A DNA stretch of 62,305 nucleotides, counting the filler, from Catajapyx aquilonaris (Eukaryota), in assembly GCA_000934665.2 (NCBI GenBank). It is 2 parts of 2 records of this genome, joined end to end, with 100 filler letters (N's around TTAATTAATTAA, not from the genome) between each part and the next. Parts side by side here need not be neighbours in the genome. Positions count along the whole stretch, not along the records: positions 1 to 31,028 come from JYFJ02004594.1; positions 31,129 to 62,305 come from JYFJ02004595.1. One strand, written 5' to 3'. Made by a program: the position numbers and the translations under genes. The number at the start of each line of letters is the position of its first letter. The stretch's first letter is position 1. Shown here one piece after another: positions 28,088 through 42,517 of the stretch. Below the pieces are notes generated by a model. That model had not been told where the DNA came from. It did no database searches and saw nothing but the letters and a program-made list of their open reading frames with translations.

Positions 28088-31028
28088 CTTTGGAAGAATA
28101 GAAACAAAAATAAGAGGGCAATGCATTCAATTTCTGTACATTTCTATAACATATACGTATGTTATTTCACTTCACTGTTTTTACCGGGGGTGTGCTCAGA
28201 CTTCTGAGAGGTACTGTATAGCATAATTAACGTAACAAAAATCTGGCTTCCCAGTGAGAAGAATTTCATCATGGGGTGAAGGAGGCGGCAAGTTATGAGA
28301 CTCCGATGTCTTCACACAAGTTTCCGCTGAATGTGATTCGGGGACATTCCACGTCGCTAACAATGCTCCAAGTCGCCCAGAATTGAGGGCGCGGCAGTAC
28401 TATAAACTTTTGAGAAGGTGGCATTGTGTGGTGTAATATGCACCACTTCAACCGAACTTTTCGTTGTTTGTCGGTACTGCGCTTTACTCGACTTCCACTG
28501 GACGTGCAGTCGTCTTTTTTAATTGGGTGCTACCCTGCCCCTGAGGGTTATTAACTCGTTGGGGGAATAAAGTGAGGACAGATGGCGCTATGAAAGTATT
28601 ACCTGTCAGTAAAGCAATTTATACAACTTGTTTCAAGACAGGAGATTTTCTAGTCCTATTTTGCTTAATTTTAAGCAGTTATTTTTTAGATGGTATCAAA
28701 AATATCAGCAACTGTGATTCACTATAAAAATAACTGCTCCAAAATAATTTCCAATAAGCAGCTTGTCAACAGTCTTGTCAGTAACCGTTTTTTGAAAATC
28801 AGTCCAAAATTTTAGAGTGAATACCTAAGTAGGTCAACACGGCCTCCATGTTTACCCATCTCGGGTTGCTTTTTGGCAGTTAATTACAAAAATTATTGCG
28901 TAAATGAGACTGGAAATGGTTCATAAACACTAATAGGTCACCCGGACACAACATGACGCAATTCTGAAAACACTTCATTACTCTCTCTCTCTCTCTCTCC
29001 CCCCTTCCCCCCCNCCCCCCGATCATGGCTCAAAACCAGTGACTCTCCACCGGATGTTTTCGCCTCCACTATCACTTCCCGGAGGTAGGGGATGGCGGGA
29101 TAGAACGAGGAAAATAATGAAGGCGTGAAATAGGTGGTAGAGAACCACACCCGACGAGACCTTGGTAGGTGCAAAAGTCAAAATGCCGAAATAATACACT
29201 CCAGGCGTAACATTCCCATGGGAAATGAATAACACCAGACGCGCAGCTGCTATGTTTCACCGCTATTATTTCGTCACATATGGCCGCATGTAGGCTGCAT
29301 AGCGACAGTTAGTCCCTGCACTAGTGACGTGTAAATCTGTGGTTATTCTTAGGAGTAGAGTTGGAGGATAGATGTCATTGTTGTCAAGGGAACTGTTCTG
29401 CTGAATGCTGAAGGGGAAGAGGGATATTTGAGAGGGAGTTGGCCGTTGGGTGAGGAGAAAAGGGACAGAGTGGTTTACTCCCTGCTTAACGCCCCAGGTA
29501 TACCTGTTAAAACAGTAGCATGCAATCCCAACAACACAACTAGGTTATAAGCTAATGAAAACGGGGGAATGAAAGTAGCCTGGAGGAGGTCTTTGTGGCA
29601 CTCCCAATACTGACGGTATGTTTCAAGTGACGGAAGGAAAAAGGTGGGAGGAATCTGTTCTCCTCAGGGTAGGTTTCTAGACAAGGTTTCTCTATAAGCT
29701 GACTAAGGATAAGTTTAAGTACTAGGAGATTAGTTTAGAACAAAAAATAATAGCTTCTTTGTGAGTTTTTAAAAGTAATCTAATTTTGGCGCTGTATCAT
29801 TCAGGGCTGTATAATGGGGGACATTGTGGACAATGCATATTTATAAGATTAATTTATCGCCAGATTGCGCTGGTAAAGGGGCAACAAGTAGTTGCCTCTG
29901 GGCCTGGGTCGCACTGCACATTTTGAATGCACGAGGTGATAATAACATCACACTTCCAAACTATGATACTCTATGTCGAAAAATGTAGTCACTCCTAACC
30001 GTCGCCTTTTTAAGAGTTCGAATGATTCTATGGAGCCAAAATACGTGTGTCCGAAACTTTTTTGAACAGATGGTACTTCTTTATGGCTAAAACAAAGAAT
30101 TGGCATTTATGGCACTACAATACAATGTTGTCAAAATTTTAATGACGACCTGCCGGGTTTTCTAATGGAAAACTGCCCTACATACTGTATACCATTATGG
30201 CTGCATTTTGCCCGCCATGTCCTAGAGTAAATATTGTCACCTTAGTCAATGTAAAAGTCATTAATATTGTGTTACTCGGCGATTGGACGTGTGAATATTT
30301 AAGAGCTCTAAAGGGACAATATTTGAACACGAAATATTTACACATCGCCAGGATTTTTAAATGTCACTTTTTTGATCCAGTAAAGCGTTTGAAGGTTGAG
30401 CGCTGTAGCAGGGTTATTCACAGTGTATGATTAATTATTTAGTGTCCAACAACTACGCTCCAAACAACTTTTTTTTAATGTCAAAACAGCAGCGTGCGAT
30501 GGAATGGGAGAGAGAATTTGGGAGCGTTGGATATAAGCCCTGTCCTCTTGTTTCTGTATTTTTTGCACAAACGGAGCGTGTGGAGCTGTATATTTTAAAA
30601 AATGTGGCACCGGGCTTACGACTTCAAACAATACTATATCTCTTCGAAATTGAGGCATGCACTATTTTATTTGTGTGTTGTGGACTATTTTGCATTCCCG
30701 TGTAATTATTTTATTGCCAAAAATTGAGATGAATAGAATGCCTGTTAAACGTTTCCTGTAAGAGAGAGAATATTATTTTCCATGATAAATTCCTCATGAC
30801 TCGATTGTTTAGATGCATCATTAACATCAAGATGTTAGACCTTCCCGTCTCTCTGAATATGACCTAGTAATGGAAAATTGCCCCGTGAAGTAACTCATCA
30901 TGTCAAAATCAGAGCTACATCAGATTGATCGAATTGATCGAAACATGAGGGTTTCAAAGTTAGAAGATCACATTATCAGTTAGGGGTCGTGCAAATACCA
31001 CGTGACCGTTTTGGGAGGAGGGGGGGGG

Positions 31029-31128
31029 NNNNNNNNNNNNNNNNNNNNNNNNNNNNNNNNNNNNNNNNNNNNTTAATTAATTAANNNNNNNNNNNNNNNN
31101 NNNNNNNNNNNNNNNNNNNNNNNNNNNN
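31029..31128. other. Artificial scaffold linker N44-TTAATTAATTAA-N44
   Basis: Exactly 100 bp, with symmetric N runs around a 12-mer that has stop codons in all six frames. Confidence 0.95.
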
Positions 31129-34100
31129 TGTACAAGAAGGGTTGAAAGTACCTCTAATTAAAAAATTATGCCGCTAAGCCATGTCCTTCATACCTAGGTA
31201 GATAACTTTTTGACCCTCCCTCGTAGGTGTAGGTTCCATTGTTTCGGCAGACAAAAATTCTCTCCCATTATTCTGCCAGCGGGTACGTCAGCTTGGACAC
31301 TCTTGTCTGCACAAGTCGGACACGTGCATTTCTGAAGTGTCCGGCAGTGCCTCCTTATCATGTCACCTATTCCTTGTGGAGTGTTGATTATCACAAGGAG
31401 TGATTGTGTCCTCTCCTTGCAGAGTGGGCATGGGAATTCTTCACCTCTCGTAAATATCGTCAGTGGTATGCTGATTCTGCCGGTCCGCCGCGCTCTCTTT
31501 ATTCTCATTTATTTATGATAATAATTATTTCAGCTCGTCCAGTCATGTCCATCTGTTCCAAAGAAACTGAAGGAATGATGGCCGCATATTCTACCACAGT
31601 GTGCATTAAGACTGCTGTTGCAAGTGGGACGATTGCGCCGTACAAATCATCGCTTTTATGTTCCAGCGGCCCATGATTTTGTTGAAGATATACCCATTTA
31701 AATGGCAAGCAATACGCTATAATACACGATACTTTACGCAAAATTTTGAATAAGTAAGCGCAGGTTGTGCAGAACAATGCGTTTGGTTTGTTAACTTGCA
31801 CCTCCCAGCGTCATCTGACATGAGAAGGTCAGCTTTGCTCCCGTCTGCTCCTCTTTAGGACCATCACATGGGCACTCTCTATAATCAAAAACAATGAAGT
31901 TGGTACATGAAGTCGACACGGTCCATGTTCTCTGAAGGATACAGTCACTTGGTTATGTCGGAAGAGGGGAGGGGAAAAGAAATCGGTTAGATGCTTACCC
32001 CTCCAATACTCCAGCTTCGGGTATTTGAACAACATAAGAGAGAATTTCATAATGTTGATCGCATTAATGAAGGCTCCTTCTGGGGCAATTAGCCCCAGTA
32101 ATTTGGGGAATTTAATATAATTCCACATGGGGAGGGACATACTCTGCATATCGTCGACTGCTGGTGCAATACAAGTTTTGAGAAGGTTTTGAACGTGACA
32201 AGACTTGAGTTTGAGGTAAATCTGCATAAAATGTGCATACAAGTCTCGTATGAAGAAAACCGGACGTTAATGATTCGTAAGTGACTGAAATGCATATAGT
32301 AAGGCTAACAGTGTCGGAAGCACGTATCACTAAACCTGCAGGCACGCCTTCTGACTGTAAGTTGTGGATCTGTTCCAACGTGTGAAGATAAATTAATAAT
32401 ATTTTCTTATGAGAGTAGCAGTTCAGGTTTCAATCCAACTTCTGAATGTGCGGAGGAATTATTTCATATATTGCTGGACTCAGAATGTGTGATACCTGTG
32501 GGCTCTGGATGTCAATAATAATTGAAATCATCATCTATTTGCCAAGGCGAAGTTTGTACAAGAAAACGCAGGGTGATCGAGCTAATAATGATCTTCGTGG
32601 CCATCAGCGATCTTTTGGGACTGCTGATAAGTAATATCATCGTTTACAACCAGCTACTCTTGCTTAGTTACTTTTCGTGCCGATTAACAGTATTGCATGA
32701 TTCTAATAATTGGACCCTCATTCCGCAAGCTGTAAATTGCAATTAATTTACAACTGGGAATGTTCCATTTTAGTACATTTTTAAAAGGATGGTTATGTGC
32801 AAGCAACCTCATATTAGCAGCTAATAGTTTATGTGCCTATGATAATTATTTGGTTCATAAGATGACCTTTATACATAACGGCATGGGACTTTTCTGAATC
32901 CTTCTACCCACAATATTCTCGTGGTCTTCATGCTCTCACGGCTGGATATTAATTATCCAACATCTTCATTAGGCAATTATGACGTCGGAGCATTAATGTG
33001 GGCAATCCGTTCACTGGCGTATAGAGAGTCGCAGGAGGTGGTCAGTAGAGGGGGCATGCTGCATGGGGAAGGGTCTGTCTGGATAGTAGTCTGGAGTAAA
33101 GGTGGTCTTAAAGAGGCTTAAGTGGTGCACATTCGGCCTGCTGGCTCCTCTCATGATCCTTATTCTCACTTATTGCCTGATATGGCACAAAAGAGGTGAG
33201 CACATGACAAATGGATAGGGTCCCATGCTATTCACGAAGGATTAAACAATATTGTCCATCGATTACGCAACACTTACGTAACATAATAATTTAATGCCTT
33301 GCTCTTTCGTGCCACGTCACAAGAACCTATATGACTTAAGTTTGGTCTCACTTCATGAGGACTATGAATGCAGGATTGCAGTCGGGCTGCTCCAGACAGA
33401 AGCCTCTGCAAAACTTTGTAACCATTCCAGCGGAGGTAAGCCATGAGGTTTCCCCGGGTTCCTATAATAATGATGGTCTCAGTTTGTTATTTTTGTATCC
33501 TGTCTGTTTGTTCGGAACTTTTTCTGCGTCCAAGTGAACGGTAAATAGAACCTTTTAAACTGACGTCATAATGAAGAATAGTGCCGGACTGACAACAAAC
33601 TCGACAATGACACTAGCTATTAAGGGTTTGTTATAAATGAGTAACCTTTTATCCTGAGTCTGACTTGCATGTCAGGCTACTGAATGCAAACTGTTATACA
33701 CTCGCGGTGTACGGGGATTCCCTCTGCCTAAACCCCGGTATGTTATACTGATGTCATCTTAAATAATAATTGTTCGGCACTTCTGTGTTCTTGTGACGAC
33801 ACACACTTAGAGGATCATGTTCTGCGTCTGTAGCTGTAGTTGGTTAAAGTGGTTAGTCACGCAATCTGCACCTAGACTTTATATATACGAGTACAGCTTG
33901 GGAAGAATCAGCAGACACGATCATTAATTAGCGGAGTGGGAATAAGTCTCGCGTTTCCTTAGGGCCAGAGGAGATGGTCTGATGACCAGCTGCTCTCCTG
34001 CTCGCCAAATTATAGTACTATATATATCTTCATCTTACTCCGTGTCTCTGTGGGTGATTGGCTACTCTGTGCTCGCAATGACCCTGAGAGCTATAGCTTA

Positions 34101-35315
34101 CATACTTACATATCGGCGGTAGAGGGTTCATTTCACTTTTCAGAGCAAGTACCTGGTCTTTTCCAAGTCGGAAATGCATTATTTTTTGTTCAGGAGAGTA
34201 AGGGATGTGCCATTGCTCCTGCCTTTCTCTTGCTTTTAAATATTTACATATTTTAATAACCAGCTAGAGAGCCTTAGGCTATGTTTGACTCGGCTCCTTT
34301 CCAATAGAAACAAACATAATCTGTCATTTATAATTTTCGACGCCGACAATGTATAGGGAAGAGTGAAGGCATCGGATGTACGTATACCTTCACTATAATA
34401 TACTCTTGCCAGTTTTACTCTGTGGCCATGTAGGAATTGCAGTCATGTACTGCACATCAATAATCCAATCGACCGTCCACGCTGAGCTGTCTCTTTCCAG
34501 TGCACATAATTCTTGTGCTGATAATAAGACTCTGCTACAGTTGGTGGGTCACACCCTTGTTCTGGGAACAAGGGCTGTCTTTATCATGCTGTAGACATCA
34601 TGATTGTGAGAACGCGCAGGGTTTCACTGCATGCTGATGCATAAACATTTCAGGCAAGTACTGTTACGGGGTTCAGCATACTGTGGTTCAGCGATTCGGC
34701 CTATTCTGCAGTGTCTGTTGGAATATAAATATCGTCCTTACCTTCCTGAGGGAAGTACATGGATGACAATACCTGCTCTAGGGCTGCGGTACATAGTCTT
34801 CCAGTGTGAGTATTATGATCATTTTCATTATTATTTTGGCGAAGGAATGTGTCGAGCCAATCCTTCGATGGTATAGTCCTCATAATATATTATTATAATG
34901 GAGGTTTAGTGAGATTCTACTCTCATCGATGCCCAAAATTTGGTACTAATAAGACAGTTATAGAAAGTAATTACAGTATTTTAAAATGCTCTTGCGTTTT
35001 TAAAATCATTATACACATTGTCGTTTTATGTACATTTCCCTATTTCAGTCATCCTTGTCTAGTGCCACAATATATTTCTGCTTTGCCAGATCAATCGTCG
35101 CACGTCGCCGGGTTATGCTGTAACTTGGTAGGCTACTCTTTGCCTTCTTGATTACTAATCTGTAGCTGTAACAAAGGCAGCGGCTTCCTGCTTGGTCTGA
35201 ACTCTTGGCGTACTGGACTGTTGCAAACAAACCCGGATTGTTTTCATCCGTCTCCTTTGGCAACACTGAGTTCCAAATAGCCATTTCAGCCAATGGCCGT
35301 GAGTGTTAGCAGGTC

Positions 35316-35316
<1 letters not shown>

Positions 35317-35369
<53 letters not shown>
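35317..35369. repeat. (AAT)n microsatellite
   Basis: Directly visible pure trinucleotide run. Confidence 0.95.
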
Positions 35370-37999
35370 TTCACATTGAAGTGAAAGTTCAGTGGCAATT
35401 GATATGCTTCCAGTTGGTCTCATGACTCTCATCTCAACATGGACGCAATGCACCGCAGATGAATGACAAGGAAATACCGCAGCTCTGCCCGAGTTCCCGT
35501 CGCGTCACTACTTATCTACGACTTGTGCCTGAATCTCGCTGCTGGATTTTCTTCACTCGGTGGGAAACAATAACACCGACCGTATATTATCAAATATTAT
35601 GGTCTTGAGGTGGTCGTGCAATTTATTCGCTGGCAGCATAATATACTAGGCTACAACATTACAACAGACATCGAGAAGAATAATTTTGGCCAGTTGGGTC
35701 AGTTGATGATGTTGGACTAGCAATTAAGCCCAATTAAGGTCGTAATTATGGCGATTAATCAGTATAGCCCTTTTACATCTGGAACTGGACAGGCTATGAC
35801 TCATTTATGAGTTTGTGAGGCTTGTGGCACTCAACAAATTAAAGCACACTGCTTCTACACCGCACGTGCAAAACGTGCATATGCAGTACATGATGTAATG
35901 CCACTGTTTAAATTAAAAGTGCAAATGATTTTAAAATGTATAGAAAATTTTTAAAGGGGTTCAATTACGTCACCACAATCGGTTAGTATTGTGATGAATT
36001 CATCTGGTCGTTTCTTGTCAGTAACATGTCCCCATGTCGCACTCTATAGGTGATATGAAATATGTAAGTTATCATAAATGCATTTATTCGCACAGCTTGA
36101 TGCGATTTTGTTAACTTCTACCATTGCCATATTTATTTGACTAACCTCCTTACTCATCTTATGGTGTCATCGTGTCGAAGTTTGGAAATGACTGGAGAGC
36201 TGCTTTTTATTTCATGTGTAAATGCCACAGCCGGAGGAACCATCTGTTGGCTTGAATGGGGATTTAAATTATCCCACATAGTTATAATATTATTATAATA
36301 TTGTTATAATATTGTTAAGTAGATATGTCCACACGTGGTTTTGAATCCCATCACAGGTTATGCGGAACACGTGAGGAATGTTTGATTGTCAATTTCACAG
36401 TTTTATCCCCCCTTCGCTCGCGGTATACCCGGGCGTTACGGAGAAGGACCACTTGTAAAGCTTGTATATCTGAAGCATAATAAAGGTACCGTGCCAGATG
36501 CCCAAGAAGGGCGGTGCACTAAACCCAAAGTATTTCCCAGTTTTCATTGCAGACACCTAAAAACTGTATTAAAACTGTCATTTTTTATTTTCGGAAATGA
36601 ACCCTGAGTGCAACGTACTTGCAAAGTGCATCATTGTAAAATGTGCAGCATGAGCAACATGATGGTATTGATAAGAGTCTTTTTGGTGATATTTCCAGAT
36701 TGACGGCTGCTACACCTTCTTGTCTTTTTCTCCTGACACGGTCCATCACCAGCAAGTTAGTATTTCCTTGATCGCATCAGCAATGCGAATGTCTTACCAT
36801 GCAACAATATAATGTGGGGTAGCACATTATACCATTCACTAGAGATACCGGTAGCTACATCAGTACGAGGCTTGAATTCTGATGCAGAAACCCTCATTAT
36901 GTCAATCACAGACGATTTTCATCTTACACGGAACACTTTTCAGTATGGAGTCGCTTTGTGGTGAAAAATTTATTGAAAACAGACTCTGGAAAAGAGTAAT
37001 ATTATTTTACCCGATGATAATATATGCTAAACTGTTCAATCACAGGCCGGATATGTTTGATCAGTCAGAGTTGAATTGCTCTCCTTGAAAGAGATGTACG
37101 TATGATATTATTCAATGCAGTCATTATGTAGTAGCCTACATACATCCCCCACATATTAAATGTTGCAAACATACCTCTTATCATGTCGTTAGAAAGGCTC
37201 ATTAATTAAATAGATCCAAATAAAGATCGCAACATACTGTGTATAATACAATCCCCGATCTTACGCGGAAGTTGAAAATGTATAGTTCAGGATATGACAC
37301 ATTTAGTTTCTGCATAGTAAAATCACTCTATAGAATAAATAAAAGAGACATTGCTGGGCATTTCCATGGCCGTCTGTCTGATCTGAATAATATAATCAGT
37401 CCCACTCCGCACTTTAACACAAGAATGCAAACAATTTCAGTGTGACATATGCATTGTCCTTTATTCATACTGGAAGGAGCAATAAACAAAAAAATCTTCC
37501 GGCCGCAATAAGTAGTCATTCTGGTGCATGTATATACTTAGCCTCAATTTCAAACAAATACTTATATAATTATAACCCCAGTGGTATAATTACCACAATT
37601 AGCAATTATTTATATTTTTGAGTGCCGCATGCTTCCTGCTGTGATGTCATAGACTTCGTGACAGGCGGCTGTTCAACAGCAGTGTAACCACAACTTTGTG
37701 CATTTTGTCATTGATTGATAGCGTCTTATCAACTAAGGGTTTTCTTTGGGACCTGAAAATGAACCAGGGTCCAAATGGCGTACATAGAAAAATTGGGTCC
37801 TATAAATATTACATCGCTGTTCAGAGTTGCATTGTTACATTTCATCAAGCGCGGATAATTTATTAACTAACCCCCCCCCCCCTATATCAATCAAGACATA
37901 CGTCCTCCTATTTAGTACTCATCAAGCAGCAGCTCCTTGAAGTCTGAACTGCTGGGGAATTGGCGTTTTTGGCGCAAGAGGACTTGATAGGTTTTTCCA

Positions 38000-38051
38000 A
38001 AAGGGACTCGCCGCGGCATAGCTCTTGGGGGTCATGGGGGTAACCTGCTAG
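38000..38051 (+). mobile_element. Probable degenerate Helitron 3' end
   Basis: Ends GGGTAACCTGCTAG|T, identical to the terminus at 265-279. Confidence 0.45.
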
Positions 38052-38064
38052 TAATTTATAATTT

Positions 38065-38369
38065 ATAATAATAATAATAATATAATATAATATCGTACCC
38101 CATTGAAGCCGTTCTGGCTTTTTAGGGGGGAGATTTCTTTTTTTGGCTGGAACTCTTGTAGACTTTATTTCGCTTTTTGGGACGGGATAGGGATGGAAGG
38201 AAGCGGCTGTGGCCTATTAACTAGGAAACAACTCCGGTATTCACCTGGAGGAACCGTGGGAAACCACAGAAAACCACGGTCAGAGTTGCCGGCACCGGGA
38301 TTCGAACCTCGAACCCAGGACCTCCCGATTAGCAGGCGGACTCCATATCCACTACACCAACCTGCTTCG
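38065..38369 (-). mobile_element. tRNA-derived SINE family C
   Basis: A box TGGTGTAGTGG and B box GGTTCGAATCC (with a local GGTTCGA duplication). TTA-rich tail and 14-bp TSD GTAATTTATAATTT (38051-64, 38370-83). Confidence 0.85.
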
Positions 38370-41300
38370 GTAATTTATAATTTGCTACTACTGCCTCCTA
38401 GTGGCACTGCAAGGCTACTACACGAGAGGGGTTTGCTGTTTAAAAAAACTCGGATCCTTTCTCGCTCTTTCCGTACATTAATTACACAACTATCTGCTGT
38501 GTAGTGTGTATGGATGGTGAATTTTTAAAATGAGGTCGAGACTTATGAATAGCCCTCCTGTACACGAAAAGCACGATACGAACATGTACAGTAACTTACG
38601 TATGGAGACTATAACAGGGGAAGGGCGTCCGCTTCCAACGGAGACAACTCCGGCCAACACTGCTCCTTTGGTAGGGCAAGTCAATACTGGCGGAAGTCAC
38701 TGGCCAACACGTCAAATAGGGGTGGAAAAACAAAAGGCTGCATGCGTTGCACGAATTTTTTTATTTTTTTTTGTATGTTCTACAAAAAAAGAATAAAAAT
38801 CCTGCAACGAGATCATTTAGGCTACTCAGGCTCACGGAAAAAGTGTGTCGCGCAGGTATATAGGATTAACCTTACCGAGCGTGACAAGGGGAGGAGGGTA
38901 CACATTGCCAAATGAACCAAGATAATTTTTGATTAGGTGGTGGAAAATTGACGTACGCCTTTAGTTCATTGAGAACAAAATCATTTCAATGACTATTTAT
39001 TTCATATCTGACATTCTTACAAAATAGTAAAATAATTCACAATCTTAAGTGATTTTATTCACGCTGCTTCAGCTATTATTTTTGCCTCCCCAAAGATCAA
39101 AATTATTCAGAGTGGAATTTCCTTATGAATATTATACTATAGTGTCTAATGTCTGTGGAGTAATGTAATATGAATATTATTATATTATTTTTCTCGGTGA
39201 GTTCCGGTATTTTCAGTGCCATTTTCTTGCCCATTGTTATTTTGGAAAATGAATTAGCTGAGATGATTTTTCGATGGCTGTTTGTAGAAGGTTATAATTA
39301 GTCATTAATGCGATTATAATAATCAGTGCGGAATTTTGTCATAGTAAAGGCGCGACAAAAATATTTAAAATGTCACGTATTATTATACGTGTGAGATGTC
39401 CGGAGGTCGTATTCACACATGCTGGCTACCAGTTTGTCCTCAAATCACGGCCTTATCAAAAATAACAGCAGATCTGCTGATGTTAGATTGAATGGAAGGA
39501 TATGTTCACAGCTCTCTAGCAAAGGAAGAAGTTTGTGCATATCTTTAGTTCGTGCGATCAGTGAGCCATTCCATCCACAGAGAAGAAGAAGTAGCATAAC
39601 TAACACAGGATGTTTGAAAACACAACACGAGCGTGATACAACAGGAATATTATTATTAGCAATAATATTCCATCCTGTAGCCCAAAGTCCTCCAATATTT
39701 TGCCATAACCATTGTGGCTAACGTACTTGATGGAGCTCTTGAAAACTAACGTGATTTTTGAGTAAGTGATAAATTATGTCTATATATAGACGCGATAAAT
39801 AATCAGGAGTTGGTAAAAATATCTCCGGCGCAGTTGGATACATAGTTACATGTCGGCATGCATTATTATTGGTACTATACATAATATTATAAAGAGATGA
39901 TAATGTTAACTACTACTAATAATATTTATTACTCGAAAGGTTCGTAAGTCGCATGCTTTTCTTTGTGGATGATGCCAAAATGCAGATGATGCTGATGCAG
40001 TTCAGTCTTCTCTCGCAGTACACCTGCGATGCTGTTCTGTTGAGTAAAGTACCTGGGTTACCCTGCGCTGCAGTCGGGTGTCTCTTGGGAATAATTAACT
40101 TAGCTAGTTTCCTAGCTGTTGTGTAAGTCGTCACACATTTCAAACAGGAGTTTCAGGTTCAGAGAGTTGCTTCAAAATAATAATAATATGGGCCTAGTCT
40201 GATGGACAGACCCAGTTTGTCGCATGTGTACTGCGTATACTGTAATAGCACATTAACACTATACGCTTGGGGACTAGGACTGGTGCTCTCCGCAGTATGG
40301 TGTAAAATAAAAGAGAGAGGCAGCTGTACTCCTATCTGCAGAGTATCCCTCATAAATAAAGTACTAATTTTTCAAAGCCAAGGATTGGGGGGGATTGGGC
40401 AAGTTCCTTGTTGAGAGAAGAAGACATCCAGATAATTGTGTCAGGGAAGGCGTGGAAAAAACTTGTTATTAATAATTAATGGTTCCGTCTCCAATACTCG
40501 GGCAATCCCTCCAAAATATTCGGGTAATTTATAATGTCCGCCAATTTGCAGAGAAAACAATGCTCTGTCTGAGGTATGGAAAGCAATGCACAACTGATCA
40601 AGTATTTTGAAAACTTGATACGGAAATTCAGAGTTACACGAAAAAGCAAGTTCTAACTCATATATAATATTCACTGTAACATTTGATCACAATAACTTCA
40701 TATAGCCTGTAATATTGTGAGTTGACCTGATGGTTTGTTTTCACATTTGCAGGTACAGTAATAACAGTATGTATATCCGAGATCTCGGTAGGCATTGAAA
40801 TTGCGTAATCCTGTTTGATGCACTTGAATGGCTTCTCAGGCTGCGCAAGAACTTTGCTTGCTTCTCTCAGGCGTTACTTAATACCGAAAAACTGCAAAGT
40901 TTTCTCGGCTTTCGGATTGTCAGCTTGGCCATTCAAGTATTCTGCGTTTAATACGTCGGCCGCAGACTATACAATATACGTAGTTTGAGTATGTTTAGAT
41001 GAGACCGGAGCAGCAGAGGTCCAATTCCAATAATTTCGAACAAATTCTCCATTCGTTTCATACGACTCTGGTCTCTGGTATACACTGACAAGTGAGTTGT
41101 GATCATCAGATGGCTGCAATAATGCGATTGTCCGGCTCAATCTGGCGGAAAGAACCGATTATTACAGATCTATACCGTAAAAAAGGAAGAGTGCTGATTG
41201 AAATGCACTGTATTTTGTTGGACTTGTTATCGCATGCTCATAAAATTGTGGTTCCTCCCATGCTGGTGAAGTAAAATATTAGGCCCTACACGTTCTGATA

Positions 41301-41744
41301 AGAGTGTGTTGTGGATCCGTGTCACCATCCGGGTGCTGTGCGACATAATGTTAACCTTAACATGGTTTAATTGAACGCATCAGGAATTAATTAATAATAT
41401 TCGGCTTATTAATTGAAACTGCTTCAAAATGTTTCTAGAGGGTATAGCCTATACAAGTTGGTCATTTTCGACTGGAAAATCATGCAAATGTCGCCCAATG
41501 TTATGCCTCCTGGCTGCTCGGCTTCCGACAAAGCAGTAATGTCAAGAGTCAGCATGTAAATGTCTAGATAATAAATTAATGTCTAGACTGAATAATGTAC
41601 TTGCTGTTCCTAACATTACTGTTCCGACGTGTGAAAGTAAGTTATAAATAAATTGAACACATTACAATGAAACTATATAGGACCTTGGTCAGGATGGAAT
41701 ATACCAGTGCTGCATTGTCCTCTCCGCAAACGATGCTGCTTTTG

Positions 41745-41990
41745 ATGACTAAACCGAGCCCAAAGAGAGTCACGATGACTGTTCATGGACAGGCAAGTTC
41801 CAGATGAGTGGATTTGGAAATGAGAGAAAATGGCATCATTTTTGAACCTCCTCTTGTGATTGGTTGTAGTGGTGATTGCAATGTGAATCTGTAGGACATG
41901 AAAGAAGCTGTGAGCCATCACTCTTCTTGTGAGGAAATTCACATTGAAATAGCCACAAATAAAATGTTGTATTGGGACCATTGAGAGCGG
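41745..41990 (-). pseudogene. Possible decayed APE-type endonuclease fragment (LINE or Helitron/Helentron derived)
   Basis: Translation HFICGYFNVNFL resembles the GDFN motif. Downstream TT..(GS)KNDAIFS and SMNSHRDSLW loosely match the ID(H) and SDH motifs. Heavily decayed. Confidence 0.35.
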
Positions 41991-42400
41991 CAGTGTTATG
42001 GAATTGCGAATAGCTTTTACATGAGATGTGAAAGAACAGTAGTTAGGTGAGCGTTAAATTCACAGAATATTCAAGTCCAGTAATATGTGTACGGCCCCTG
42101 AGAAAAAGTCTGGCATAGAAAATGTGACTTAATTTCCCTTCTGATTTTGTTAGACTTGACACAGGACTTATGCTGTCGCGTATGACACATGGCCAACAAT
42201 AACTGCACTCTGAGAGGTATCGGTACTTTGGTTACAGATAATTTCTATAGTTCTTTCTCCATTGATGAAATAATATTGTTCCTCGAAATGATCGCTTCTG
42301 TTGCTGTCGATTGGTTCAGGTTATAATGAGGCTTTTCGGCGGAGCATGCACAATCCTCCATCTGCCACATGCTGGTTCCCAGATGATTCCGTCACACACT

Positions 42401-42517
42401 TCGCCCGAAACACAGTCGCCCGATGCCAATAATTCGCCCGGTGTATATGGTCGACAGACGACAACTCGCCCGACGTACTCGTATATACGTATATTCGCAC
42501 GATGCAAACTCGCCCGA
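42401..42517 (+). repeat. Dispersed TCGCCCGA repeats (probable DNA-transposon subterminal repeats)
   Basis: TCGCCCGA or 1-mismatch copies at 42401, 42416, 42434, 42466, 42495 and 42510. Confidence 0.55.
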
